Source: a virus (taxonomy: Duplodnaviria; Caudoviricetes). Taken from it: a stretch of 41,629 nt of DNA. Location: positions 1 through 41,629 of IMG/VR virus record IMGVR_UViG_3300020045_012448. The stretch is one strand, 5' to 3'. The stretch's first letter is position 1. Every line of letters begins with the position of its first letter. Below are positions 1-9,275 of the stretch, piece by piece. The notes under the pieces were generated by a model. The model was not told the origin of the DNA. It ran no database searches and was given only the letters and a program-made list of their open reading frames with translations. Both the position numbers and the translations under genes were made by a program.

Positions 1-2
1 TG

Positions 3-2030
3 CATTCGAATGTGGAAACGATTGTTCCGGCCATTTACAATTCAACACCAATTCCAGACATTCGCCGCCGCTATATCGAGGCAACGGGACCGGAACCAAC
101 ACAGCCGCAGCCAGACCCGCAGGGGCAGGTAGACCCGAACGCAATCGCCCAATACCAGCAGGCAGCGCAGGAATACGGCTCCCGCAAGCAGCGTGATGAC
201 GATGCGAAACTCTACAGCGACATGCTGGAACGCCTGATAGCGGCACAGATCGACGACAGCCGGTTGGATGCAGAGATTGAGGCGCAGGCACAGGACGCAT
301 TCACGACAGGCCGTGGCGTGGTTCGCTTGCGCTTTGAAGCGGACATGGATGAACAGGACCAGCCGATAAACGAGCGCGTGACGTTCGAGGCGGTGTCTTG
401 GCGCGATTTCCGTATGGGTCCGGCCAACCGTTGGGACAGAACGCCGTGGGTGGCATTCAAAATCCCGATGACCCGCGATGAATCGGAAAATATTGCAGAC
501 CCTGCCATGCTGGAAGCGCAAAAGAGCGCCGATGACGTGGAAATGAACGAAGACGACGAGGACGACAACGACGTTTGCGTTTGGGAAGTATGGGACAAGG
601 ACGAACGGGAAGTCCTGTTTATCGAAGATGGCGGGCGCTTGCTCAAGAAGGTTTCAGACCCGCTTGAACTGCCGACATTCTTTCCGATTGCGCAGCCTGT
701 GCAGCCCATCACCAAGGTTGGGTCCACAATTCCTGTTTGTCCGTTCACGGTTTACAAGAAACTGGCTGATGAACTCGACAACGTAACCAAGCGCATCAAC
801 AAGATCATGAAGGGCCTGAAGGTTCGCGGCATTGTTGCTGGTGATGCTTCGGCGCTGATTTCCCTTGCGGATGCTGATGATAACGAAATCAAGGTTGAAA
901 CCAATCTCGAAGCCTTGGCGCAAACAGGTGGGCTGGACAAGGCCATAGCATGGTGGCCTGTCGAGCAGGGCATCAAGGTGCTGGCTCAACTTTATCAGCA
1001 GCGCGAAAGCATCAAGGCGTCTATTTACGAAATCACCGGCATATCCGACATTGTGCGCGGCGCTTCCAATGCTGGCGAGACTGCCACTGCGCAGCAGATC
1101 AAGACGCAATGGGGTTCGCTTCGCATTCAGAAAATGCAGCGGATGATCGAGCGCCAGGTGCGCGATATATTCGTGATGATGGCTCACATCGCATCAACCA
1201 AGTTCTCCGAAGCCACGATTGTCCAAATGACGGGCCTTGCGTTGACGGATGGCGTTCGGGCGCTGATGCAGCAGCCTATCGACGCTGGATACCGCATTGA
1301 CGTTGAGAGTGATTCAACCGTGCGGGCAGACCTGACACGGCAGAAGTCCGACATGACAGAGTTTATGACGGGAACGGCCAACTTCTTCTCGTCAATGGCT
1401 CCTGTGGTGGCACAAGCCCCTGAAATGGCCGAACCGTTGTCAGAGATTTATGCAGCGGCGGCGCGGTTCTACAAGTTGGGCAAGGGTCCAGAGGACGCGC
1501 TTGAACGCATGACGGCAATTGCCAAGAAGGCAGCAACCACGCCACGGCCAAATCCAGAGGCCGAAATGCAAAAGATGGAAGCCGAAAAGGCAAAAGCCGA
1601 AATGGGTTTGAAGGCCGACGAACTCAAAGGCAAGGCCATGCTTGAGATGGAAAAGCTGAAGCTGGAGGATCGCCGCGTTTCGCTGGAGGAACAAAAAGCC
1701 GCTGCGGAATATGAAGGGCGCAGCGTTGATAATCGTTTCCGCGCCGAAGATCATAAACTGAAAGTGGCGATGGCCGGTGCGCGTCAAACAGAAGACGGCG
1801 AGATCGAAGACAAAACCGACAAAGTTGGCTCGATGATCATGCAGGCGCTGATGCAACTTGCCCAAACACAGCAACAGCACGGCGATGCGCTCTTGCAGGG
1901 CTTGCAGCAATTGCAGGACGGTAACCAGATGATCGCCGCAGCGGTTACGGCTCCGAAGCGCACTGAATTTCTCATAGACCCCGCAACCGGAAAGCCTACG
2001 GGCGCAATCCAACAAACGATGGTGAATTGA
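3..2030 (+). CDS. Phage portal protein (P22-like), 5'-truncated by the window edge
   Basis: Frame is open from base 3 (HSNVETIVPAIYN). Portal-like motifs YEITGISDIVRG, ETATAQQIK and YRIDVESDST, plus a C-terminal coiled-coil barrel. Confidence 0.8.
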   Translation, partial: HSNVETIVPAIYNSTPIPDIRRRYIEATGPEPTQPQPDPQGQVDPNAIAQYQQAAQEYGSRKQRDDDAKLYSDMLERLIAAQIDDSRLDAEIEAQAQDAFTTGRGVVRLRFEADMDEQDQPINERVTFEAVSWRDFRMGPANRWDRTPWVAFKIPMTRDESENIADPAMLEAQKSADDVEMNEDDEDDNDVCVWEVWDKDEREVLFIEDGGRLLKKVSDPLELPTFFPIAQPVQPITKVGSTIPVCPFTVYKKLADELDNVTKRINKIMKGLKVRGIVAGDASALISLADADDNEIKVETNLEALAQTGGLDKAIAWWPVEQGIKVLAQLYQQRESIKASIYEITGISDIVRGASNAGETATAQQIKTQWGSLRIQKMQRMIERQVRDIFVMMAHIASTKFSEATIVQMTGLALTDGVRALMQQPIDAGYRIDVESDSTVRADLTRQKSDMTEFMTGTANFFSSMAPVVAQAPEMAEPLSEIYAAAARFYKLGKGPEDALERMTAIAKKAATTPRPNPEAEMQKMEAEKAKAEMGLKADELKGKAMLEMEKLKLEDRRVSLEEQKAAAEYEGRSVDNRFRAEDHKLKVAMAGARQTEDGEIEDKTDKVGSMIMQALMQLAQTQQQHGDALLQGLQQLQDGNQMIAAAVTAPKRTEFLIDPATGKPTGAIQQTMVN

Positions 2031-2031
2031 T

Positions 2032-2469
2032 ATGCCCGCTTCAACATTTACGTTTTATCAAGATTTCAAGGAACAGCTCGGCAAGGGCGTTCATGATCTT
2101 TCAACGCATGATCTGAAAATCGCGCTGACGAATGCCGCACCAAACGTGGCAACGCATACGGTTTTGGCCGACATTACGCAGTTGGGAACGGGTGGCGGCT
2201 ATACCGGAGGCGCTGGCGGTGGCGTGGCACTTTCAGGCGAAAGCTACACTGAAAGCGCGGGAACCGGCACATTCATCGCGACGGATTTGGTGATCACTGC
2301 TTCAGGCGGCTCAATCGGGCCGTTTCAATATGCCGTGCTGTATAACAACACTGCCACGTCACCGGCAGACGCTTTGATTGGCTATCTGAATTACGGTTCG
2401 GCGATGACATTCGCCGATACTGAAACGCTGACGCTTGACTTCACGACGAGCATCTTCACTATTGCATAA
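2032..2469 (+). CDS. Phage virion structural protein (G/T/A-rich beta protein)
   Basis: Directly follows the portal. DLKIALTN...GGYTGG...IGPFQYAVLYN...LIGYLNYG resembles common small phage virion proteins. Confidence 0.65.
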   Translation: MPASTFTFYQDFKEQLGKGVHDLSTHDLKIALTNAAPNVATHTVLADITQLGTGGGYTGGAGGGVALSGESYTESAGTGTFIATDLVITASGGSIGPFQYAVLYNNTATSPADALIGYLNYGSAMTFADTETLTLDFTTSIFTIA

Positions 2470-2479
2470 GGTGTAGGCC

Positions 2480-3625
2480 GTGGCCACTCGCCTATACTTC
2501 AACGTCAAAAGCGCACCTGTTGCACCGTCTTCGTGGTCCGCTGGCTGGAATACTACCAGCGGCACGTTTAACTATGCTCTTGGTGACAGAGACGTAGCTG
2601 CGGGCGGGGTTGATATAGCCAACGGTGGCACTGGCACAACAAGCCAGTATCGCGCACTTGGCCGCTTTGTTTCTGCTCCACTCGCCGCACAAACCATCAG
2701 CGGGACGGTCAAAGGGCAAGTTAATGCCCGTGAAACCAACGCAACTGATAATTACTCTCTCGCCATCGGCATTAAGGTTATCCAGTCTGGCGGCAGTGAT
2801 CGCGGGGCAGTGCTTGCTGTAACCGCACCCGATGCTTCCGGCAATGAACTCGCCATAACCACCAGCACTAATCGCTCTTTTCGGGATAGTGCTGAAAGTG
2901 CAAGCATCTCATTATCGTCACTTGCGGTAAGCGACGGTGACAGAATTGTTGTTGAAGTTGGCTTCTACCAGCAATCAACTTCAACGGCTAATGCGTTCAT
3001 TACCCTTGGCGACACGCATAATGTCGCTGATCTTGCTGAAAACGAAACGACAACCACAAGCCTGGCGGCATGGGTCGAGTTTTCTCAAGACTTGCTGTTC
3101 AGCGACATTTTTCCAAGGGAACATTATTCAATCCCGACTGACAACGGGACTAATGCCACTACCGGCGTCACCATTACCCCGCAAACCGCAATGCGGACTA
3201 ATGATCTGGTTCTCGTTTATTGCCAGTCCCGCGCATCAGCCACATGGTCGGTGACAACCACAGGAGGACAGACTTGGAATGACGCAGGCGCCATAGGTGC
3301 TGCCGGTCCTTACGGGCGCTTATACTGGTGTGTATTCAACGGCACTTGGTCTGCAAATCCGGTTTTTACATCTACGGTAGGCACTGCCACCTCAGCAATA
3401 ATGCACTCGTTCTGTGCTCCGGACACTACAGGGACATGGGCAGTTGATAACGCTCTTGCCACTGCAACATTCACCGCTCCGTCCACACCGTTTACAGTCA
3501 CACGTACCGGCGTCACCACTACCGGCTCTATCGGCGTTGTCCTTGCCTCTTGGCACACGTCAGAACAGTATGTGCCTTGGGCCGATATGGATATGCTCTC
3601 GCCACACTGCGGGCATTCATCATAA
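2480..3625 (+). CDS. Virion fibre/appendage protein, truncated at a junction near 3545-3565; the last ~20 aa are probably chimeric
   Basis: S/T/A/G-rich beta-domain sequence that changes character abruptly after VVLASWHTS. Confidence 0.6.
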   Translation: MATRLYFNVKSAPVAPSSWSAGWNTTSGTFNYALGDRDVAAGGVDIANGGTGTTSQYRALGRFVSAPLAAQTISGTVKGQVNARETNATDNYSLAIGIKVIQSGGSDRGAVLAVTAPDASGNELAITTSTNRSFRDSAESASISLSSLAVSDGDRIVVEVGFYQQSTSTANAFITLGDTHNVADLAENETTTTSLAAWVEFSQDLLFSDIFPREHYSIPTDNGTNATTGVTITPQTAMRTNDLVLVYCQSRASATWSVTTTGGQTWNDAGAIGAAGPYGRLYWCVFNGTWSANPVFTSTVGTATSAIMHSFCAPDTTGTWAVDNALATATFTAPSTPFTVTRTGVTTTGSIGVVLASWHTSEQYVPWADMDMLSPHCGHSS

Positions 3626-3780
3626 TCATCTGCGCAATCAGCACATAAGGTCTCGTGCTGTCCGGCTCTACTGTGCATCAGATGGGAGCAATCATCACAC
3701 ATACTATCCTGACACCATTCGCAAGCATTAACTTGTTTCTCTTCGTCATATTCCTCGTTGCATATGGGACAGCTTTTCAT
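3543..3780 (-). CDS. Multi-CxxC zinc-finger protein, N-terminal part (broken at the left junction)
   Basis: MKSCPIC...CEWC...CDDC...AGQHETLCADC...CPQC...YCSDVC. The ORF-track extension to 3310 is antisense read-through of the left segment. Confidence 0.7.
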
Positions 3781-3822
3781 ATTTTTGACCCTTTCGGGTG
3801 GTTAAGTGATGTTGACGATGCC

Positions 3823-3913
3823 ATCTTAGCACGCCCGCGCAGACGCGCAACCATATCAACTTGACAAACGTGCGGAAAATACACTTGCACAGATGCGACA
3901 GATGAGGTATGTT
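3823..3913. promoter_or_regulatory. Divergent sigma70-type promoters
   Basis: Minus strand: TTGCGC-N16-TAAGAT with TGn extension (3850-3823). Plus strand: TTGCAC-N17-TATGTT (3885-3913). They lie between divergent genes. Confidence 0.5.
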
Positions 3914-3943
3914 GAGGCCGTTAGCCCTAACCAAGCCAAAAAA

Positions 3944-6019
3944 ATGGAAACCGCAGCGTCAAAAGAATACCTTATAGAGCATTGGTCGCAATCTGCAGTC
4001 GCGGAATTTATCCGCAACGAAAAATCATTTGAGCGAAAATATATTTTCGGAATTAAAGAGAAAGAGCGCAGTCTGGCATCCATAATCGGGAGCGTCTATC
4101 ATGGCACTTTGATGCATTTTTTTCTGGAAATTAAATCAAAAGGAACTGGTGAGATTCCGAGTGTTGATATCCTTTTGCAGGTTGCGCATGATCTTCTGGA
4201 TCATATCGGCGCGGACAAATACAGGCCGCAAATCAAAAAAACAATTGAACAATTACAAGCGGCCGCACTCAAGGCCGTAAATGCGTTGGTGATGAATTTC
4301 CTCGCGGAATGGTCTACTTCATACGCGCCGGAAATCCGGGAAATCCTGTTTGTGGAGGAGAGGTTTGTGGCTACGATTTCTTTGAATGATATTGAGGTTC
4401 CGATCCCCGTCAAGATTGTTCCAGACGTTGTTTTCGTTCATAAGGACGGTACGCTGGCGATCTTCGACCATAAGGCGAAGCATGCCTACACGAAGGAGGC
4501 AGACGTGAAGTTACGATACGGCAATCAAGCGATCACATACGGCAAAGGCGTAAAGGCCGCGATATCCGAGAACGAGGAATATCTGGAAGCCCTAAAAAAA
4601 TATCCCTTGATTGCGCGTGGCGTGAAGCATTTTTATTTTTACGAGAATAAATATTCTGCGAATCGCGACGGCTCCCGGCAGATTCGGCAAATTCCCATTG
4701 ATCTTGAAAAAGAAGGCCAGCTTTTTGAGCAGGTTTTATTCGAAGGGGTCTTCCGGATGATGGAAGCGGTCGGTAATCCAGATTATATTTACTTGATGAA
4801 TCCGTCAGATAATTTCCAAGCCGGAGATGAAATTATGGACTTCTGGATCAAGACGCATATTGATGGCATTGAAGGATTTCCAAGTTTGTCCGCAAAAAAT
4901 AAACGGATTCTATCACAGCGAAGAAGCCAGGTGCGCCGGGCCGCGCTGACCGGCATTCCCAAAAGCGTAATTAAGGCGTTCACGCAACCTAAGGATTTTA
5001 TATTTTTTAATAATAAAGATATGGCTGATCTAACCATTCCGGAGCGCATAGAGCATCGGCTCCGATCATTCAATTATCCCGTGCAAATTCGGCACGTCAT
5101 AGAGGGGTATTCTTGCGACACCTATCTTCTGGATATAGGCGCAGGCCAAAAAACGACCAGCCTGCAGAATTACAGACTTGATATTGCGAATGCAGCTGGC
5201 GCGCGCGACGTACGCATCATTTCTGGAATGGTGGAGTATCAAGATGGTGTTTTTCCGGGGATAGAGATCAACCGGAAAGTTCCACGGCCATTGCAGCTTG
5301 ATGTTTTTGATGCAAGCACAAAAAAAATTCCAATCGGACGGACAAATTTCGGGGAACTCATAACATGGGATATTGAGAATCCAAGCCATCCTCATATGAT
5401 GATCGCAGGAGCGTCTGGCAGCGGCAAATCGGTAACGATCCGCGTTATCGTAAACGAGGCGCTTCGCAAAGGAATCCGCGTGACGATTTTGGATCCGAAG
5501 CGCGAATTTTTAGATCTTAAAAATGGCAAAATAAGGGTAATTAATGACCTTCCGGACATTGAAGTTTTTATGGGAAATGCTGTCATCCGCATGGATAATA
5601 TTTTCCGCGAACATGGTGCGGTCGGAAATTCCGCAAACAAAGAGCTGATTATTTTTGACGAATCTGCAGACTGCTTCGCGCGAATGCAGAAAATCGCGTA
5701 CGAACAGGATGACGAAGGCAATAAGAGAATTGACCGCGATTTTAAGACGCTTGAGGATAACGTGCTTATTCTCGCACAGAAAGCGCGTTCAGCGGGCATC
5801 CACTTAGTATTGGCGGCGCAACGATTCAGCACGAAAGTTCTGACAGGCGACGCGAAGGCGAACTTCCCTGTCCGTCTCTGCCTGACGGTTGCTAGTGCGG
5901 TAGATTCGCGGGTCATGTTGGACGTGGGTGGCGCGGAAAAACTGAACGGAAAAGGGGACGCGCTATTTACTGCTCCGGGATTCCCAGAGCCAATACGGAT
6001 TCAATGTTTCACACTTTAA
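3944..6019 (+). CDS. PD-(D/E)XK (RecB/Cas4-like) nuclease fused to an FtsK/SpoIIIE alpha-beta motor
   Basis: N-terminus: HWSQSA, YHGTLMH, EERF, PDVVF, IFDHK, QAITY. C-terminus: FtsK alpha domain, Walker A PHMMIAGASGSGKS, Walker B IIFDESAD, AQKARSAGIHLVLAAQR, GAEKLNGKGDALF. Probable start is the ATG at 3944 after an A-tract. Confidence 0.88.
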   Translation: METAASKEYLIEHWSQSAVAEFIRNEKSFERKYIFGIKEKERSLASIIGSVYHGTLMHFFLEIKSKGTGEIPSVDILLQVAHDLLDHIGADKYRPQIKKTIEQLQAAALKAVNALVMNFLAEWSTSYAPEIREILFVEERFVATISLNDIEVPIPVKIVPDVVFVHKDGTLAIFDHKAKHAYTKEADVKLRYGNQAITYGKGVKAAISENEEYLEALKKYPLIARGVKHFYFYENKYSANRDGSRQIRQIPIDLEKEGQLFEQVLFEGVFRMMEAVGNPDYIYLMNPSDNFQAGDEIMDFWIKTHIDGIEGFPSLSAKNKRILSQRRSQVRRAALTGIPKSVIKAFTQPKDFIFFNNKDMADLTIPERIEHRLRSFNYPVQIRHVIEGYSCDTYLLDIGAGQKTTSLQNYRLDIANAAGARDVRIISGMVEYQDGVFPGIEINRKVPRPLQLDVFDASTKKIPIGRTNFGELITWDIENPSHPHMMIAGASGSGKSVTIRVIVNEALRKGIRVTILDPKREFLDLKNGKIRVINDLPDIEVFMGNAVIRMDNIFREHGAVGNSANKELIIFDESADCFARMQKIAYEQDDEGNKRIDRDFKTLEDNVLILAQKARSAGIHLVLAAQRFSTKVLTGDAKANFPVRLCLTVASAVDSRVMLDVGGAEKLNGKGDALFTAPGFPEPIRIQCFTL

Positions 6020-6029
6020 CAATTCAAGT

Positions 6030-6293
6030 ATGACAACCATCCAAGCAACACAAATTAATAAATTATTGGAGCAACTACAAACGTACTGCCAAAAACATCA
6101 AATCGCTAATGTTGTTGCGTGTAATTATATTTATGGCATGCAGGGAACACCGAGAGAGATTAAAATAGAATTTGCAATTATCTTAAAAAGTTTATGTGAT
6201 AGATTTGGAAAAAAATTCGTTGTTGAGGCGTATCTTAAAGCGATGGAGCTTGTGAATAATTATGAAATTGAAAAACCTAAAAATGATGAATAA
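6030..6293 (+). CDS. Hypothetical protein
   Basis: 87-aa ORF in operon position. Confidence 0.6.
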   Translation: MTTIQATQINKLLEQLQTYCQKHQIANVVACNYIYGMQGTPREIKIEFAIILKSLCDRFGKKFVVEAYLKAMELVNNYEIEKPKNDE

Positions 6294-6334
6294 AAAAAGA
6301 AAATATAGATTTTATTTTCATAAAAAACTTTAAT

Positions 6335-6502
6335 ATGACGGAAGATAAAAATGAAATCATCAATAAGATAATTCAAAAATGTGATGAGGAATTACGAAAA
6401 GCATGCAGCGCACAAGTGAACTGGTATACCCTCGGTGTACAGCGCGGAATAAACGAAATTCGCGCTTTTGTTCAATTACTTGACGAAAATAAATTATCGT
6501 AA
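6335..6502 (+). CDS. Hypothetical protein, 55 aa (not in the ORF track)
   Basis: MTEDKNEIINKIIQKCDEELRKAC...ENKLS* with an AT-rich leader. Confidence 0.5.
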   Translation: MTEDKNEIINKIIQKCDEELRKACSAQVNWYTLGVQRGINEIRAFVQLLDENKLS

Positions 6503-6508
6503 TATATT
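6480..6508 (+). promoter_or_regulatory. sigma70-type promoter upstream of the replication gene
   Basis: TTGACG-N17-TATATT. Confidence 0.55.
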
Positions 6509-6544
6509 CCTGATGTAATCCACGGCCATGAGAATGAAAAAATC

Positions 6545-6645
6545 AATCTACAATCTGACCTGCCCTCACCCGTCATTTCATGCGTTCGCTTGGTCGTGGG
6601 CTTATGTTTTCCGGCGGGATGGGCAGGTCAGATTGTAGATTTTTT
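6545..6645 (+). promoter_or_regulatory. Long stem-loop with U-tract in the leader of the replication initiator
   Basis: Perfect 21-bp inverted repeat AATCTACAATCTGACCTGCCC (6545-6565) / GGGCAGGTCAGATTGTAGATT (6621-6641), ending in a T run. Confidence 0.8.
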
Positions 6646-6657
6646 ATAAAAAGAAAG

Positions 6658-7443
6658 ATGAAAGAAACATTCTATTTCCCGCATGACATGGACGCACACA
6701 GTGATCCGAAGATAATGGAATTGCTGTGCTCATGCAGCGTTGCGGGACTTGGTTTTTACTGGATCATTATTGAAATTCTGCATCAGCAAGAAGATGGCCG
6801 CATTACGCTGGCACAATTCCGGCAATATTTGAGCTTTTATTTGAAGATTGGCGATGGAGTAGATTCAACACTTGTTGAACACTTGTTGAACAAAATTGAA
6901 CAAAATATGATTTCGGAGAATGATGACAAACTTTTATTAAAAACAGGTGATCTGATCTCTTCCAACAGAGTGGATGAAAACAAGAAATTTAGGCAAAGTC
7001 TATCCAAAAAGCGTTCTGCGGCTGGGAAGAAAAGCGCAGAGGCTAGAGCTTCCGCAACAAGTGTTGAACACATGTCAACAAGTGTTGAACAAAATGCAAC
7101 AAAGGAAAGGAAAATGAAAGGAAAGGAAAATGAAAAGAAAGAATCTCTTTCAGAGATTGAGCAAGCTCGGCCCGATAAAAGAAATTTAGAAATCTCAAAA
7201 ATGCTTGAGGCATTAAAAACAAAAATTGGAATAACTGATTTCGCCGATTCAAGCATTGAGCGCAATCTCGCCAAGCATTGCGTTGGCTTACTTGGGAAGC
7301 TGGGAAAAGATGAATTTGTCCGGCGGCTTGATTTAATTTTGCAGGATGATTTCAAGCGCAAAAACTGCAATCGGATTCGCTTTGTTTATAGCGAAATAAA
7401 GGCTTTTATTGAGCCGAAAAATAAAGAAATTTTATCTGTTTAA
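6658..7443 (+). CDS. Phage replication initiator (DUF4373/Lin1244-like)
   Basis: MKETFYFPHDMDAHSDPKI...GLGFYWIIIEILHQ N-terminus, a KRSAAGKKSAEAR motif and an iteron-encoded linker. Start moved to the ATG at 6658. Confidence 0.8.
   Translation: MKETFYFPHDMDAHSDPKIMELLCSCSVAGLGFYWIIIEILHQQEDGRITLAQFRQYLSFYLKIGDGVDSTLVEHLLNKIEQNMISENDDKLLLKTGDLISSNRVDENKKFRQSLSKKRSAAGKKSAEARASATSVEHMSTSVEQNATKERKMKGKENEKKESLSEIEQARPDKRNLEISKMLEALKTKIGITDFADSSIERNLAKHCVGLLGKLGKDEFVRRLDLILQDDFKRKNCNRIRFVYSEIKAFIEPKNKEILSV
6864..7132 (+). repeat. Iteron clusters; putative replication origin inside the initiator gene
   Basis: TTCAACA-CT-TGTTGAA palindrome plus TTGAACA repeats (6864-6905), CAACAAGTGTTGAACA x2 with a 21-bp period (7055, 7076), and AAAGGAAAGGAAAATG x2 (7101-7132). 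Confidence 0.65.
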
Positions 7444-7455
7444 TATCGGAAAAAT

Positions 7456-7794
7456 ATGGAAACGTCAGTCGTAAAACATGCCGAAAAAATACAGGTTACA
7501 TGCAAGGATGGAAGGATTTTATTTTATGATCTCGGTCGGCACGCAGCCGTGCGGACCGCCATAAGAACAGATATTTTTGTTGAGATTGAAGGCGTAATGG
7601 TAAACAGAAATGAGATAAAATACATAGAAAAAATGCCAGATGATTACGACGTTTTAATCGGACTTAATCACGACCAGCGCAATAAGGCTATTGCTGAATT
7701 TAGAAAATCTAAAGATGCTCTCGGAATGGAACCATCAAGGAAACTGAAATTAAAAAAAATCGCGAAAATTCTTCATTGTTCTCCAGAATCATGA
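7456..7794 (+). CDS. Hypothetical protein
   Basis: 112-aa ORF following the initiator. Confidence 0.65.
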   Translation: METSVVKHAEKIQVTCKDGRILFYDLGRHAAVRTAIRTDIFVEIEGVMVNRNEIKYIEKMPDDYDVLIGLNHDQRNKAIAEFRKSKDALGMEPSRKLKLKKIAKILHCSPES

Positions 7795-8039
7795 CTGAAA
7801 ATTTAGAGAAAAAATTAGCAAAAGCTACGGAGCTGCGGAAAGAATACGAGCGCGCCCGGCAAAAAATGTGGGATGCAATGAGTGAGGAGTTGCGGAATCC
7901 GTTCGGCCATAAAATCAGAATCTTTCGGGATGTCACGGAAAAAGAAATTAAAGCCGCAAAGAAAATAATTTGGAATAATATTAAAAAATTTCTTAACCAA
8001 AAACCACATGTCAAAAGCAAAGGAAGGTCAAAAAACTAA
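7791..8039 (+). CDS. Hypothetical basic protein
   Basis: ATGA overlap with the upstream gene; MTENLEKK... Confidence 0.55.
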   Translation: MTENLEKKLAKATELRKEYERARQKMWDAMSEELRNPFGHKIRIFRDVTEKEIKAAKKIIWNNIKKFLNQKPHVKSKGRSKN

Positions 8040-8217
8040 AAGCCAGGAACGCATGGAAAATCTACATAAGCCGACGGGAAGCGCCGGAATTTACAAACTC
8101 CTGCCTGAAGGATTTGAGGGCGATCAAGATGATTTACCATCATGACGCTGGGCGTATTTTGGCTGATGTCCGCACTGCATCCGAGTTGTCTAATTTTACT
8201 TTTTTTATTTGGGGATA

Positions 8218-8622
8218 ATGAATGAACGTGAACTGCAAAATCAGATCGTAGAATATATCAGATTGCTTGGCGGATGGGCAACGAAAGTGCAATCGGGAAG
8301 CATCCTGAAGGCATACACTAACAAATTTGGGCAAACGCGGATGACCCGAATTAACCTCGCAGATCAGGGAACTCCTGATGTCATTGCCTGTTTGTTTGGC
8401 CGCTTCCTTGCCATTGAAGTTAAGCGCGATGCTGAAGAATTGGCCGCGTGGGAAAATCAGTGGCAGCGTCATCTGTCCGGCAAACAATGCAAAAGTTACC
8501 AGCACAGCATTGAACAGCACGAAAGCCAGTCGCGCGTGCGGAAGGCTGGCGGCCTGACATTCGCCGTCTGCTCGCTTGAAGAACTGGAAAACGATTTCAG
8601 AGAGTTAAAATTAATCGCATGA
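8218..8622 (+). CDS. VRR-NUC / Holliday junction resolvase-like nuclease
   Basis: ERELQNQI, GTPDVIAC, FLAIEVK, KAGGLTFAVCSLEEL. Confidence 0.85.
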   Translation: MNERELQNQIVEYIRLLGGWATKVQSGSILKAYTNKFGQTRMTRINLADQGTPDVIACLFGRFLAIEVKRDAEELAAWENQWQRHLSGKQCKSYQHSIEQHESQSRVRKAGGLTFAVCSLEELENDFRELKLIA

Positions 8623-9275
8623 AAAAACTCACAGCAGTTATGATAATCAGGTTTCATTACGCCGCCGCCGATAAGCGTTTTGATTGGCGCTTTAAATATT
8701 TTAGGGATGAGGTGTTGCCGCGCATTCTCGCGCAAAAGAACCAGAATTTTGACATCGCCATCCGTTGCAATCCAGAACACGACAAACTGTTTCAGGATTT
8801 GCATCCAAGCATCAAAACTTTTCACGTCCGGAATGAACGCGTGACATATTTCAAAAGTAAGAATGGCAAGCGATACTTCCACGATCATGCGCGCTGGGAT
8901 GAGGTTGAAGGATTGCCGATGTATGACATCCAGATGGGACTTGATAGCGACGACTTGATTGATCCTGATTATGTTCACATTATCCGCGCAAACTGCAGGG
9001 CATTCATGCGAAAGAATCTCGGGAAAAAGCTGCACATTTCATTCCAACCGCGAAAACTCTATCTAAAAAACGGCTATGAAACGGGCATGATGGAATACAC
9101 GCCAACGCGTGGCTCTGCCTTTATGGCCTTATTTCAGCCGATAAAGGACGCAACGTATAAATTTATTTACCACACTTCACATCTGAATTTGTGGAAAGTG
9201 GCAGACAAATCAATTACAATTCCGCAAGGTCACTGCACCGTAAGCATTCACGGACATAACGAATCAACACGATGA
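8619..9275 (+). CDS. GT-A fold glycosyltransferase (putative rhamnosyltransferase-like)
   Basis: RFHY...RFKYFRDEVLPRILAQKNQNF and DxD motif GLDSDDLI. Confidence 0.72.
   Translation: MKKLTAVMIIRFHYAAADKRFDWRFKYFRDEVLPRILAQKNQNFDIAIRCNPEHDKLFQDLHPSIKTFHVRNERVTYFKSKNGKRYFHDHARWDEVEGLPMYDIQMGLDSDDLIDPDYVHIIRANCRAFMRKNLGKKLHISFQPRKLYLKNGYETGMMEYTPTRGSAFMALFQPIKDATYKFIYHTSHLNLWKVADKSITIPQGHCTVSIHGHNESTR

Noticed and set aside
42-2047. Long antisense ORFs over the left portal and similar ones over other large genes
   Set aside because: They show no recognisable motifs and are expected shadows of coding sequence.
3543-3545. TTG at both ends of the central segment as an att core or target-site duplication
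   Set aside because: Three bp is expected by chance, no integrase or transposase was seen, and the two flanks do not continue each other.
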